From contig OZ244744.1 in the NCBI GenBank assembly GCA_965219455.1, positions 992,001 through 1,056,000 of the forward strand: a DNA stretch of 64,000 nt, written 5' to 3'. A model generated the notes under the pieces. It ran no database searches and had not been told where the DNA came from. It saw nothing but the letters and a program-made list of their open reading frames with translations. The position numbers were made by a program, and so were the translations under genes. This DNA comes from Candidatus Latescibacterota bacterium (lineage in GTDB: Bacteria > Latescibacterota > UBA2968 > GCA-2709665). Positions 1 to 9,770 of this stretch are shown here, piece after piece; the first letter of the stretch is position 1, and each line of letters opens with the position of its first letter.

Positions 1-984
1 CGCGGCAAGCTGCGCTTCCGGATCGTCCAGCGGCCGGGCGCCGATCTCCGCGAGCCGGCACGCGAGCGCTTCGGCAATCTCCCGACCATGCGCGGGTGTC
101 CACACGCCCGAAGCATTGATGCACGACCGACCGCCGTTTGCAGTTATCGAAACCAGGATCACATCCAGATAATCCTCCCAGCGGTCGACCAGGTCTTCAC
201 CAAGAATCACCTTGCTCCGGCCGGGGCCGTGAATCGACACCCGTGGATCGTTGCGCCACGGCGCAACCGTGGCCCCTCCGCCGAACAAAAGGGAGCGCCC
301 GCACCGCAGAAGGACTTCGTTGGCGCCGGCGTGCCCGGTCGGATAGATGCCGAACGCTTCGACCGGGCATCCTGCGGCAAAAAACGCCTGTGCAATCCGA
401 TACGGGGTCCAGGGATCCTCCCGCCCGGGCTTCAACACCAGGGGCACCTTCAATGAAATCGCCGGAACCCAGAGCGAATGCACCCCGGGGGAATTGCTGG
501 GCAACACCGCGCCCAGCGCATCAGTCTGGCACAGATAGCTCAATGGCCGACCGCTTTCAGGGTTCCACCCCCCATCCAGAACCGACAGATCCAGGTCACG
601 CGTCAGCCCGCCGAGCACCGCTTCAATCTGGCTGCAAACCAGCCGGATTTTTCCCATGTTCGACCGGCAAAGGGCTTCCGGAATTCCCGTTGTCCCCGAC
701 ACCTGGCGGACATAATCCTCGGGAGATTGCGGTTCGTTATCCAGCGGCAGAACCGCATCCGAGAAAAACCGGGCAGCCCTCCGGGTTACAGTTATAAGAT
801 CGGAAACGGTCAACGCTTCCAGGTTCCCTTTGTTCGCCGGCGCGGCGTTGAGATCCCTCGCGATCAACCCCGGATTCGCCTGGCTCACCCGGACCAGCGG
901 TTCTCCGGTCCGGACGTGCGGAACTTCCTGAACGTCCAGACTCGTATAGGGCTTGCCTGCCCGCAGAACCGGGATATGGGCCAC
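1..984 (-). CDS. Aldehyde dehydrogenase-fold acyl reductase (EhpG/GriD/LuxC-like), 3' end runs off window
   Basis: Missing from the ORF track. Partial manual translation from GTG at 984 (RBS GAGGAGG): MAHIPVLRAGKPY..., AVLPSNSPGVHSLW..LVLKPGREDPWTP, NGGRSCINAS (ALDH catalytic Cys). Lies downstream of an EhpF-like gene. Confidence 0.8.
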   Translation of the reverse strand, partial: MAHIPVLRAGKPYTSLDVQEVPHVRTGEPLVRVSQANPGLIARDLNAAPANKGNLEALTVSDLITVTRRAARFFSDAVLPLDNEPQSPEDYVRQVSGTTGIPEALCRSNMGKIRLVCSQIEAVLGGLTRDLDLSVLDGGWNPESGRPLSYLCQTDALGAVLPSNSPGVHSLWVPAISLKVPLVLKPGREDPWTPYRIAQAFFAAGCPVEAFGIYPTGHAGANEVLLRCGRSLLFGGGATVAPWRNDPRVSIHGPGRSKVILGEDLVDRWEDYLDVILVSITANGGRSCINASGVWTPAHGREIAEALACRLAEIGARPLDDPEAQLAA

Positions 985-1015
985 GCCACCCTCCTCGATC
1001 ATCTATTTAGCTTGT

Positions 1016-1180
1016 ACCCTGAGCCGCTCCCTGAGCCTGTCGAAGGGTCGGCGAAGTGTCACGAAGTTCACCCAACGTTGCAGCATGGGCCCGTCGAAGG
1101 GTAGCGAAACGCGGACGCTTCGACAGGCTCGGCGCAAGGAACGTAGCGAGACGGGTTGAACCGGCGGATGAATGGAGACG
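1016..1180. repeat. REP-like hairpin repeat (CCCTGAGCYTGTCGAAGGG ... CTTCGACARGCTC) plus tail GCGAGACGGGWTGAACCGGCGGATGAATGG
   Basis: Arms near-identical to 34535-34619; tail homologous to 61400-61490 and, reversed, to 39955-40055. Confidence 0.8.
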
Positions 1181-1198
1181 TAAATCCGTTTCCGGACA

Positions 1199-2272
1199 CT
1201 AATATACCCCGACGACGACCGACTCCTGCAACTCAGAGAAAAGGCCCAGATTTCGTACCCCGTCCCATGGAAACCTTTCGCTGGGTTCCGCCCGCTCTCC
1301 CTCGTCCCGTTCCAGAAACCTCGGCATGAAGAATTCTCGGGTCAGGGTTGTCAGCATCACCCTGCCAACGGCGTTGTATGCCACCGGTTCGTCAGGATTT
1401 TCGGGGTCCGCCAACTCGATAACCGCCCTGGGCACCGGCGGATAATAGGTAATGGCGTAATTGTCCGCGGGCTCCAGCGGTTTGGAATAAGCCAACCCCA
1501 TCAATGTATTTCCGTACGTCGGCACAAAATCGATACCGGGAACCAATTCCTCCCTGGCGAATCGGTTGAATTGCGCGTCCATCTCGGTCCCGCCGCAGAA
1601 AATCCCCGATATCCCGACCTTTTCCAACGAAATCTTTTCGCAGATCGCTTCGAGAAGCTTCGGGGTTGTAAACATACACTTCACATTGTCGTTCGCCCGC
1701 AAAATGGTCAGCGCCTGGTCGATCACGTGCGCTTTGTAGAGGTCCAATTCCTGGAGCGCGCCGCGCACGATCAGCTTATTCACCCACCGGGGATCCAGGT
1801 CCACCAGGAAACAGATCCCGCCGCGGATCTGGCACAGATATTCGACCGCCAGCCGCAGCCGCCTCGGTCCCGTGGGACCCAGCATCAGCCAGTCCGCCCC
1901 CGTGGGAAACGTCTCGTTTGAAAGGTGCCTGCTGAACATCTCATAGTCGATCTGGAAGTCGTCCTGGCTTATCCGGTATTTCGGCACCCCGGTGGATCCG
2001 CCGGTCTCGAAAACATACGTCCGCTTCCCTGCGCTTCCTCGGGGTATCCACCGGCGTACGGGTCCGCCTCGCAGCCAGTCGTCCTGAAAGTGTCCCAGAA
2101 TCTTCAAATCCGCAAATCCGCCGATCTCCCTTCGCGGATCGAAATCCAGCCGCTCCGCGAATTCCAGCCAGAACGGGCAGCCCGTGTCCGGATTGAAATG
2201 CCAGGCCACGGTTTCCCGCACGTGGGCATCCAGTTCGTCCCTGGCCTTCCTGACGCTATCGGCAATCGGCAT
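1199..2272 (-). CDS. EhpF/GriC/LuxE-like adenylating (ANL-related) protein
   Basis: WHFNPDTGCPFW, FETGGSTGVPK P-loop, DLDPRWV, YGNTLMG and ERD motifs; paired with the ALDH-like gene. Confidence 0.75.
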   Translation of the reverse strand: MPIADSVRKARDELDAHVRETVAWHFNPDTGCPFWLEFAERLDFDPRREIGGFADLKILGHFQDDWLRGGPVRRWIPRGSAGKRTYVFETGGSTGVPKYRISQDDFQIDYEMFSRHLSNETFPTGADWLMLGPTGPRRLRLAVEYLCQIRGGICFLVDLDPRWVNKLIVRGALQELDLYKAHVIDQALTILRANDNVKCMFTTPKLLEAICEKISLEKVGISGIFCGGTEMDAQFNRFAREELVPGIDFVPTYGNTLMGLAYSKPLEPADNYAITYYPPVPRAVIELADPENPDEPVAYNAVGRVMLTTLTREFFMPRFLERDEGERAEPSERFPWDGVRNLGLFSELQESVVVGVY

Positions 2273-2291
2273 GTCTATTCCGACTCATATC

Positions 2292-3392
2292 TTAAGTTTC
2301 GCTTCGCCACGCATCCAGGGGATGCCGACGATCTGAGAGCGGCAACGCGACCCGGCGCCCGCCTTCCCTGTGTGACTGATAAATGCCCAGAATCATCTCG
2401 AAAGCCGTTCGGCCGTCTTCGCCGCTCGACGGCGGATCCGTCCCTGTTTCAATCGCTGCCGCCATCCGGCGGTACATCCTGGCAATGGCGTTTCCGTCCT
2501 CCGATTCGCCGGACACGACGGGCACCCAGTCTCCCTGTCCCCCGGGCAACCCTTCCATGGGCCTTGGAAGATGCCAGAGGGCATGCGCAACGCTGCCTGA
2601 CGCACGGACCGACAGTTGCCCTTCGGTACCGATAACGTCCACACCGTAGTTCTCGCTCATAGGCGCCTGGAATCCGAGGAAGTAAATTTCTCCCAGGATA
2701 CCGCCCTCGAAGCCGTATTGGGCCGTTGCCCGGTCGCCCGCTACAGGGCCGGAATCGCGGTCCCGCGGCGACATCTCCTTTGCTTCCATGACGTCGTTGA
2801 CGTCCGCCAGGCGTCCCTGATAATGGACGGTACCGGAACACCACGTGGGCGCGCCGCCGAAGCGCATCATCATATCGGCCACGTGGGTTCCCATTTCCGT
2901 GAACTCGTTACCGCTCCGGCGCCCGCTCTTGTTCCGTCCGCGCACGAGCACGACCTGACCGATATCCCCTCTGCGAACCATGTCACGCGCGGTCAATACT
3001 GCTGAACTCACGTGGCTCTGATGGTTGACCGCCAGCCTTGCGCCCGATGCGCAGGCCGCCGCAACCATTTCGTCCGCCTCGGCGGGATCGATGGCGATCG
3101 GCTTCTCGCAAAGCACCGATATCCCGCGCTGCAGCGCCGCCACCGCGGGCGCGCGATGCCCCCGGGTCTGGGTGGCCACAACGGCAAGATGGGGGCGCAT
3201 TTCGTCGTACATCCGCACAAAGTCCGAAAAACGCGATGACACCCCGTATGTTTTTCCTGTCTGTTGGAGCGCTTCGGCAAACACGTCACAGACACCCACA
3301 ACCTCGAATTCGGGCATTTCCCGAAGGATGTTCAGGTGCTGGCGCCCCATCCCTCCACAACCCACAAGTGCCACTCGATATTTTTTATCCAT
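2292..3392 (-). CDS. Gfo/Idh/MocA family oxidoreductase
   Basis: VALVGCGGMG Rossmann motif, CEKP, GTH. Confidence 0.9.
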   Translation of the reverse strand: MDKKYRVALVGCGGMGRQHLNILREMPEFEVVGVCDVFAEALQQTGKTYGVSSRFSDFVRMYDEMRPHLAVVATQTRGHRAPAVAALQRGISVLCEKPIAIDPAEADEMVAAACASGARLAVNHQSHVSSAVLTARDMVRRGDIGQVVLVRGRNKSGRRSGNEFTEMGTHVADMMMRFGGAPTWCSGTVHYQGRLADVNDVMEAKEMSPRDRDSGPVAGDRATAQYGFEGGILGEIYFLGFQAPMSENYGVDVIGTEGQLSVRASGSVAHALWHLPRPMEGLPGGQGDWVPVVSGESEDGNAIARMYRRMAAAIETGTDPPSSGEDGRTAFEMILGIYQSHREGGRRVALPLSDRRHPLDAWRSET

Positions 3393-3420
3393 CGGAGGAT
3401 CCTTTTCCCAGAGAATTCGT

Positions 3421-4509
3421 TTAGTTGCCTTTTACCCAGCCTTTCGGCCGCCACGTGGACAGGGGATTCTGCCGGTGGCACTCCTCCATCACCGCCACCT
3501 GAACGGCGACCTGCTTCGGCGTGATATACAGTGCCGCACCGTTCTGCAGGACGTCATATAAATGATCATAGAACGCTCTGGACATAAACGTGAACGCATC
3601 CTTCTCCTCTTCATTTGGCGTCCACGTCTTCTCCGTCCAGGGCAGTTCTTCGCGGCAATAACTCGGTCCCGGAAGCGGGGATCGCAAGAGCCGCTGTTCC
3701 GGCGCCGCCTCGGGATCGAAAAAGCGCCAGCGGATCCCGTCGGATCCGCCCGTCAGCCCGCCCCGCGTACCGTAAACGTGATACATATCTCCGGAATAGG
3801 CGTCGCACGAGGAGATCTCCAGATCGACCGTGGGAGATCCTTTCCGCCGCAACAGCACGTTTACATGATCCTCCGCGTCTCCCCACGTATTGGTGCGGTC
3901 CATGATGCAGTGCACGGCGGGCTTTTTCCAGTCCAGCAGACACAGGGCCTGGTCCATCGCATGCGGCCCCGTATTCAGAAGGTTACCGCCTTTGAATTCC
4001 TGCAGCGTCTGCCAGTCCCATCGGCGCGCGAACCCGTTGAACGCAATCCGGATCTGGACGATTCGCCCCAGCACGCCGGAATCGATCACCCCGCGTATCT
4101 GCTGAAATTGCGGTGCGTATCTCGACTGCTGAAACGGTGCGAACACCCTGCCTGCCCGCCCGGACGCCGCCACCATTCGCCGAAATTCCCTCGTGCTGGC
4201 TGCCAGGGGCTTTTCGCAGACGACATGATGACCTGCACCAAAGGCTTCCACGGTACTTTGTGTATGCAGATGGCTGGGCAACGCGTTGACAATCACGTCG
4301 ACGTCCTGCCGCGCCAGCAGGTCCTTATAATCAGCATATGCATCACATTCAAACTCACGTACCGCGCGGTCACGACGGTCCCGCAGCAGATCCGACACGG
4401 CTACAATCCGATATTTCCCTGGCGACCGGGACAGCCACTCCGCATGGATATCGCGGCCGCTGCGTCCCTGACCGAGAATGCCGACCCGAATACGCCCCTG
4501 TCCTGCCAT
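3421..4509 (-). CDS. Gfo/Idh/MocA family oxidoreductase
   Basis: GILGQGRSG, CEKP, GGNLLNTGPHAMD; ATG 4509 follows GGAGG. Confidence 0.9.
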   Translation of the reverse strand: MAGQGRIRVGILGQGRSGRDIHAEWLSRSPGKYRIVAVSDLLRDRRDRAVREFECDAYADYKDLLARQDVDVIVNALPSHLHTQSTVEAFGAGHHVVCEKPLAASTREFRRMVAASGRAGRVFAPFQQSRYAPQFQQIRGVIDSGVLGRIVQIRIAFNGFARRWDWQTLQEFKGGNLLNTGPHAMDQALCLLDWKKPAVHCIMDRTNTWGDAEDHVNVLLRRKGSPTVDLEISSCDAYSGDMYHVYGTRGGLTGGSDGIRWRFFDPEAAPEQRLLRSPLPGPSYCREELPWTEKTWTPNEEEKDAFTFMSRAFYDHLYDVLQNGAALYITPKQVAVQVAVMEECHRQNPLSTWRPKGWVKGN

Positions 4510-4711
4510 CTTCCCGACCTCCATAAGTTGGTTAACGTCTGCCCGCTCCCGGGCTTCCCGCTGCGCATTAGCACCCGGACCGGTCGTCCCCGCCGACCCA
4601 CTGTCGATCGGTGTTTAGCGGGATTCCCCGGCTTTCAATCGAACGGGACACCCTCATCCCCAATACATCGGCCGCCGGGCGGACACCGCACGAATTCCAC
4701 CGCAGTTTTCG

Positions 4712-7249
4712 TTATTCTTCTCCCATTTCCGCATGGGACAACGCACCCAGAAAATAGGGAACACCGAAAAACAATAAACTGATGTACATCGGACTCATTT
4801 CGACCGCGCCGTGGCGTTTCGGGTCGTCCCCCCAGTACTGTCCCGCAATCAGCGTCTTCAAGACCGCCTGACCGATCTCCAGGTATTTCCGGTTCTCCGT
4901 CATCCTGTACGCGTAGCCCAGGTGCCGGCACAGGACGCCGCCGTACCGCTGTTGAATGGCGTTGTCCGCATTCAGTACTTCCGGATAACCACAGAACCAG
5001 TCTACCGCCCGGCGGTAGACCTCCGCCACGTCTTCCCGATCGGTGAGGCGGTGCAACAATTCCAACCCGACCAGAAGATAATGGGTCTGATACCCTTTCT
5101 GTTCCGAAACCGGCAGGACCCGGTCTACCGACTTCGCATCCCCTCTCAGCTTACGAAACTCGGCGTCGGTGAACGGCGCCGCCGTGCCCAACTCCACGGC
5201 CAGCGTCGTGCCCTCCGTGGCCATGCCGAACGGCCTCTGGTCGGACAGCCGGTCCGCGGTGGAGATCTGAAACCGCTTGTGCCAGCTTCCATCGTCATTC
5301 TGACCCCGCGCAATCGCCTCGTACACGGCAAGCGCACGCGTCTTGAACCGCTCCTCGCCCGTGACTTGGTACACATAAAGCAGACCGCGCATTGCGTTGG
5401 CAATGCTGCGCAGGCTGAAACTGAACGCCGGGTCTTCCGTCCACCGGTATCGCAACAGAAACTCCCCGGCCTCACGAATCACCTCCAGCGTCCGAAGGTC
5501 ACCCGTCAGGTAGTAATAGTCCATCCAGCCGTCCAGAAACGTGTGGGACGCACAGCTCTCATCCCCGAAATGGTCCACGCTATGGCGGAAACAGCCGCCC
5601 ACCATATAGGGTCTGAACGGGTGGTAGTGGCAGGTATCGACGTCCACCGAATGCCGGGTCATCGCTTCGCCGAGCAGAAAATGCCGGGGGTCGCCTGTGC
5701 GCATGTACTGCACCCAAACTCCGTGCCTCGGATCCCACTCGCTGTTGCACCAACCCCACCGGCCGTAAAATCGCCAGTCGTCGGTGCCCTGATCCCACGC
5801 CACCAGCGCATCGCCCCAGTCAAGAAATCCGTACCAGGCGCCCAGTTCGATATTCCGCTGCAGCCAATCAACGAAGGCCGCCATCATCCGCTCGGATTTC
5901 GGAAAACGCCCTTCGACAAAGGGTTGAAACCCGCCCGTGGCTTCACCCTCCGCCATCGATACCGGATCCACGGATACGTGCGGCGCCCGGAGCCAACCTC
6001 TCAGGCGCCCGGGGACGCCGTCGCTGTCCGACGTCCGGTAGAAACAAGCGAAGAACTCGGTCGTTTTGGAAGTGCCGGTACCATCGGCATAGACCCCCTC
6101 GCCTTCATCCCACGCCACGGCCTCCGAATACCGCTTTAAAGAAAGGCATTTCCCGTCGGGATCCTTCCAGCAATACACGTCGATCCCACCGCCGGTCCCG
6201 GAAACGCCAAGCGCTTTCGGATATTCCTCGGGCATATGGCGCAGACCGACGCCAACACCCACCCGGCTGTCTTCGCAGGCGATCCAACCCTCCGTGCGGT
6301 CACCTTCGGCAAGTGTTCTTGTGCCCTGGCCCTGACGCCGGTCCAGACGAAAATGGTTGTGGAGGCGCTGAGAAAGCAACAGCGATTCACCGGCGGCCGC
6401 CACACCGGCGATCTCCCGGCTCGCGGAAATCCGGTAATTAACGGAACCCGAGAGCGAGACCGGCACTCGCAATGCGATTTCCTCCACTTCCGTCTCTCTC
6501 GGATTGCAGGCGGCAACCACGGTGTGCAGCACGCGTAACTCGGTTCGGCCCGCGTAGGCGTAAATTCGCGTCACGAAACGAAACGGCCGATACCCCGAAT
6601 AGTGGTGCATCGGCAGATCGGCCTCGAATGAGCCTTCACACCGGATCACGGCCCTGATCGGGCCGGCCTCCTCCACGCTCACGTCGTACACGGCCTCCGC
6701 GAGAGACGCCCGGCAATCGCCGCCCATCCCATAGATGTACCGCTTCCCCTCGTCGTCCAGAAACGACTCGCGGATACGCACCCACGCGTCCCCTCCCAGG
6801 CTTGCGACTTCCTCTTCCGACGTAAACTCGCCGTCCGGCTCCATCCGCCCCAGCGCCACGTTTTCCACCAGAGAAAACCGGCGGCGATGCACCTCGAACC
6901 GGAGCGGGCCCGTACAGATGATCAACCTTTCGTCGGCTTCCTCAACGCGCACCTCATTGGCCGGCTTAACCCGGTCTCCACTCTGACAGACCGTATACAA
7001 CGACTTGCCACCGGGCGGCACATTCGCCTGGAAGTCCGTGAGAACCCACTTCAAACTCCCGTCCGGCCACCGACTCAACACGCGGAACTGTGAGGATACC
7101 GGCCGGCCGGCCGCATCTTTCACCCCCAACAGGGTCGGATCCTGAACAGCACCTCTGGGAATCGGGACCCCCCTCGTCACCGGCCAATTGCAACGCGCAA
7201 CGCCCTCAGATTCAACCACCCGCAACTTGATTGCCATTCGTTCCTGCAT
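4712..7249 (-). CDS. Exo-rhamnogalacturonan lyase-like (PcRGLX/YetA-like) large protein
   Basis: N-terminal PVTRGVPIPRG...LSRWPDGSLKW, EEAGPIRAV, WYGFLDWGD, RHSVDVD. Start 7249 chosen by RBS. Confidence 0.65.
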   Translation of the reverse strand: MQERMAIKLRVVESEGVARCNWPVTRGVPIPRGAVQDPTLLGVKDAAGRPVSSQFRVLSRWPDGSLKWVLTDFQANVPPGGKSLYTVCQSGDRVKPANEVRVEEADERLIICTGPLRFEVHRRRFSLVENVALGRMEPDGEFTSEEEVASLGGDAWVRIRESFLDDEGKRYIYGMGGDCRASLAEAVYDVSVEEAGPIRAVIRCEGSFEADLPMHHYSGYRPFRFVTRIYAYAGRTELRVLHTVVAACNPRETEVEEIALRVPVSLSGSVNYRISASREIAGVAAAGESLLLSQRLHNHFRLDRRQGQGTRTLAEGDRTEGWIACEDSRVGVGVGLRHMPEEYPKALGVSGTGGGIDVYCWKDPDGKCLSLKRYSEAVAWDEGEGVYADGTGTSKTTEFFACFYRTSDSDGVPGRLRGWLRAPHVSVDPVSMAEGEATGGFQPFVEGRFPKSERMMAAFVDWLQRNIELGAWYGFLDWGDALVAWDQGTDDWRFYGRWGWCNSEWDPRHGVWVQYMRTGDPRHFLLGEAMTRHSVDVDTCHYHPFRPYMVGGCFRHSVDHFGDESCASHTFLDGWMDYYYLTGDLRTLEVIREAGEFLLRYRWTEDPAFSFSLRSIANAMRGLLYVYQVTGEERFKTRALAVYEAIARGQNDDGSWHKRFQISTADRLSDQRPFGMATEGTTLAVELGTAAPFTDAEFRKLRGDAKSVDRVLPVSEQKGYQTHYLLVGLELLHRLTDREDVAEVYRRAVDWFCGYPEVLNADNAIQQRYGGVLCRHLGYAYRMTENRKYLEIGQAVLKTLIAGQYWGDDPKRHGAVEMSPMYISLLFFGVPYFLGALSHAEMGEE

Positions 7250-7364
7250 GTGCAAATCCCTTTCCGAAGGATTCCTTCGCGTTCCACGCTTCATCGGCAG
7301 CCTTGTGAAGTCCACGGCTCAGGCGCGGAACGAACATCCGGTCCTGAATCGCGTCGATCCTCCT

Positions 7365-8648
7365 CTATTGTTCAGATAGATATGGAATCGTCAACGGGCC
7401 GTCCGGAAGCACCGCCACCCGTGCGTCGCCGCCAATCGCCCGGATCTTTTCCCGAAGGGTTGCGTCAAGATCTGCCACGGCGTCCAGTTTGCACGCCTCG
7501 ATATCGCCCCTGTCCATACCGGAATAAACCCCGACTTCAATCCGCTCGAGGATGGCCGCCAGGGTCTGCGCCTGCCACTGGTCCAGGATGGGTTCCCGGT
7601 CGTGTACCGCCTGCATGACGTCCCGCGGCCGGTCTCCGGTGCGCATCAATTCGGCGAAGTTTCCGTGATCCGGGACCCCGTCGCTGCACTCGCTCGCGAC
7701 AAGCACGGTCCCGCCATCTTCCACGATGCGGGCGGCCGCCGACATGCCCTTGACGGCCTGGTACAGGTTCTGATCCAGGGGGTATCCGCTGTTCGAAGTC
7801 AGTACGACATGGAACGGCTTCTCTACGGGCGCCATCGAGGCCGCCCTCGCGGACACACACCCCAGTTGATGGGCCGCCAGATAGTCCCCCACAAAGAACC
7901 CCGAAATCGCCTTTTCCCCGTTCAGCGTTACGTTCACCAGGAAATCCGGCGGGCAAAGCGCGACCGCTTCGCGGACTTCCCGTTGCAGGGGGTTCTCGTT
8001 GAGGACACCCCATGTACTCATCGGATCCGCAATCAGTTCCGACCGATGCAACCGATAAATCGTCTCAATTCCCGCCACTCCAGGCGCAACGCCCTTTGGC
8101 CCGCCCGAAAAGCCCGCGAAGAAATGGGGCTCTATAAATCCCAGTACAATCCGCTTGTCCGCTTCTACATACGCGCTATCCAGCCAGACGTCCGTACCAC
8201 AGGCGGACTTGCCCAGAAACACGTTTTTCGATGCGTCGTACGCGTTATGATTCAGAATCCGCAACCGCCTGGAGACCTCGCTGCCGAACATCCCCGCGAT
8301 TTCTTCATCCGTGTTTGCCCGATGCGTCCCGTTTCCCAGCAACACCGTGACATTCTCATCGGGCACTGGCAGAGCCTCAAGAATCCAGGGAATCAACTGC
8401 CGGTTGGGCACCGCGCGGGTACCGTCGGACGTCACAATGACGACCCTGTCACGGGGTGAAACCAGATTGCCGAGCGGGTCTGACGCCACCGGATTCGCTA
8501 CCGCTTCCCGAAAACGACGTTTCGGGTCAGGCATCGCCGCCGCGAAGGATGGGCGAATCACGTCCCATTCGGCCAACGCGGGGTCGGCGCTGATGGACAC
8601 ACTGCCGTGGCCAAACGCAACGTCGACCCGATATTCATCCGTGAGCAT
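7365..8648 (-). CDS. larA: Nickel-pincer-dependent lactate racemase family (LarA homolog)
   Basis: SDGTR, GTHR, EPHFFAGFSGGPK, GYPLDQNLYQAVK, DQWQ motifs. Confidence 0.88.
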   Translation of the reverse strand: MLTDEYRVDVAFGHGSVSISADPALAEWDVIRPSFAAAMPDPKRRFREAVANPVASDPLGNLVSPRDRVVIVTSDGTRAVPNRQLIPWILEALPVPDENVTVLLGNGTHRANTDEEIAGMFGSEVSRRLRILNHNAYDASKNVFLGKSACGTDVWLDSAYVEADKRIVLGFIEPHFFAGFSGGPKGVAPGVAGIETIYRLHRSELIADPMSTWGVLNENPLQREVREAVALCPPDFLVNVTLNGEKAISGFFVGDYLAAHQLGCVSARAASMAPVEKPFHVVLTSNSGYPLDQNLYQAVKGMSAAARIVEDGGTVLVASECSDGVPDHGNFAELMRTGDRPRDVMQAVHDREPILDQWQAQTLAAILERIEVGVYSGMDRGDIEACKLDAVADLDATLREKIRAIGGDARVAVLPDGPLTIPYLSEQ

Positions 8649-9001
8649 AAGGATCTCCGATTTCAGCGGCTCCAGACCCGTTTCCCGGCACCCTCTGTCG
8701 CCAGCGAAATCTACGGCCTCCACATCCCTTTGTCAAGCCCGGCAGTTCGTCCGGAACCCACGACGAACCCACCTCGCCCATACCTACTGATATAGCGACG
8801 GGTTGTCCGAAGCTTACCCGTGGAAGCGGGTGTGCGGGCATCAGTCGATCCGCACCCGCGCCGGGTGATTCAATTGACATGCGAATCGCCATACGCTATA
8901 TTCCGGATACCCGGTGTCAGGATGTCAATGAGGCCGAACGGGTTACGGTGCAGGCAGTTCACGATTCACTGTCTGCGTTACGTCGTCACGAGTCAAATCG
9001 C

Positions 9002-9745
9002 ATGTCGGAAACGATCATCGTCGTGCCGTGCTACAACGAAGCAGGCCGTCTTCCGGTTGAGGCGTTTCAGGGATTCGTCAGGCGGACGCGTTGCATCAGG
9101 TTTCTGTTCGTCGACGACGGCAGCACGGATGCCACAGACGGGGTCCTGCGCACCCTGCGGGCGTCGGACCCCGAATCCTTCCACGTCCATACCCTCGCGG
9201 TGAATTCCGGAAAGGGCGAGGCGGTACGGCACGGATTCCTGAAAGCATTTGAATCCAACCCCGACTACGTCGGATTCTGGGATGCGGACCTTGCGACACC
9301 GCTGGAAGCCATCCTGAAGTTCCGCGACGTCCTCGAAGGCCGGCCGGACGTCGAGATGGCCTTCGGCGCAAGGGTACGTCTCTTGGGAAGGTCGATCAAA
9401 CGCAACCGGTTGAGGCATTGTCTGAGCAGGTTGTTCGCGATCACGGCCTCCTTATTTCTTCGCGTCGACATTTATGACACACAATGCGGCGCGAAACTTT
9501 TCCGGGTGACGCAGGGCCTGGCGGCCCTGTTTCAGGAACCCTTCGTTACTCGATGGATTTTCGACGTCGAAATCATCGCGAGGCTCATGCGCGCCAGAAC
9601 GGGCACGCAGCGACCACAGGTGCGGGATATCGTGTACGAGGTCCCGCTTTCGGAATGGCGCGACGCGGCCGGATCGAAAATCAGGTTTCGCGATTTCGTC
9701 ATCGCCATATTCGGAATGGTCGAAATCTTTCGAAAATATCGATAA
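9002..9745 (+). CDS. GT2 polyprenol-phosphate glycosyltransferase (DPG-synthase-like)
   Basis: VVPCYNEA, VDDGSTD, NSGKGEAV, DADL, DTQCGAKLF, FDVE. Confidence 0.9.
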   Translation: MSETIIVVPCYNEAGRLPVEAFQGFVRRTRCIRFLFVDDGSTDATDGVLRTLRASDPESFHVHTLAVNSGKGEAVRHGFLKAFESNPDYVGFWDADLATPLEAILKFRDVLEGRPDVEMAFGARVRLLGRSIKRNRLRHCLSRLFAITASLFLRVDIYDTQCGAKLFRVTQGLAALFQEPFVTRWIFDVEIIARLMRARTGTQRPQVRDIVYEVPLSEWRDAAGSKIRFRDFVIAIFGMVEIFRKYR

Positions 9746-9770
9746 GGCTTCTGCGATTGCCGACACCACA

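Noticed and set aside
4525-4710. Cobalamin or other riboswitch in the intergenic region
   Set aside because: GC-rich with GGGAA motifs, but the B12-box and other conserved elements could not be found.
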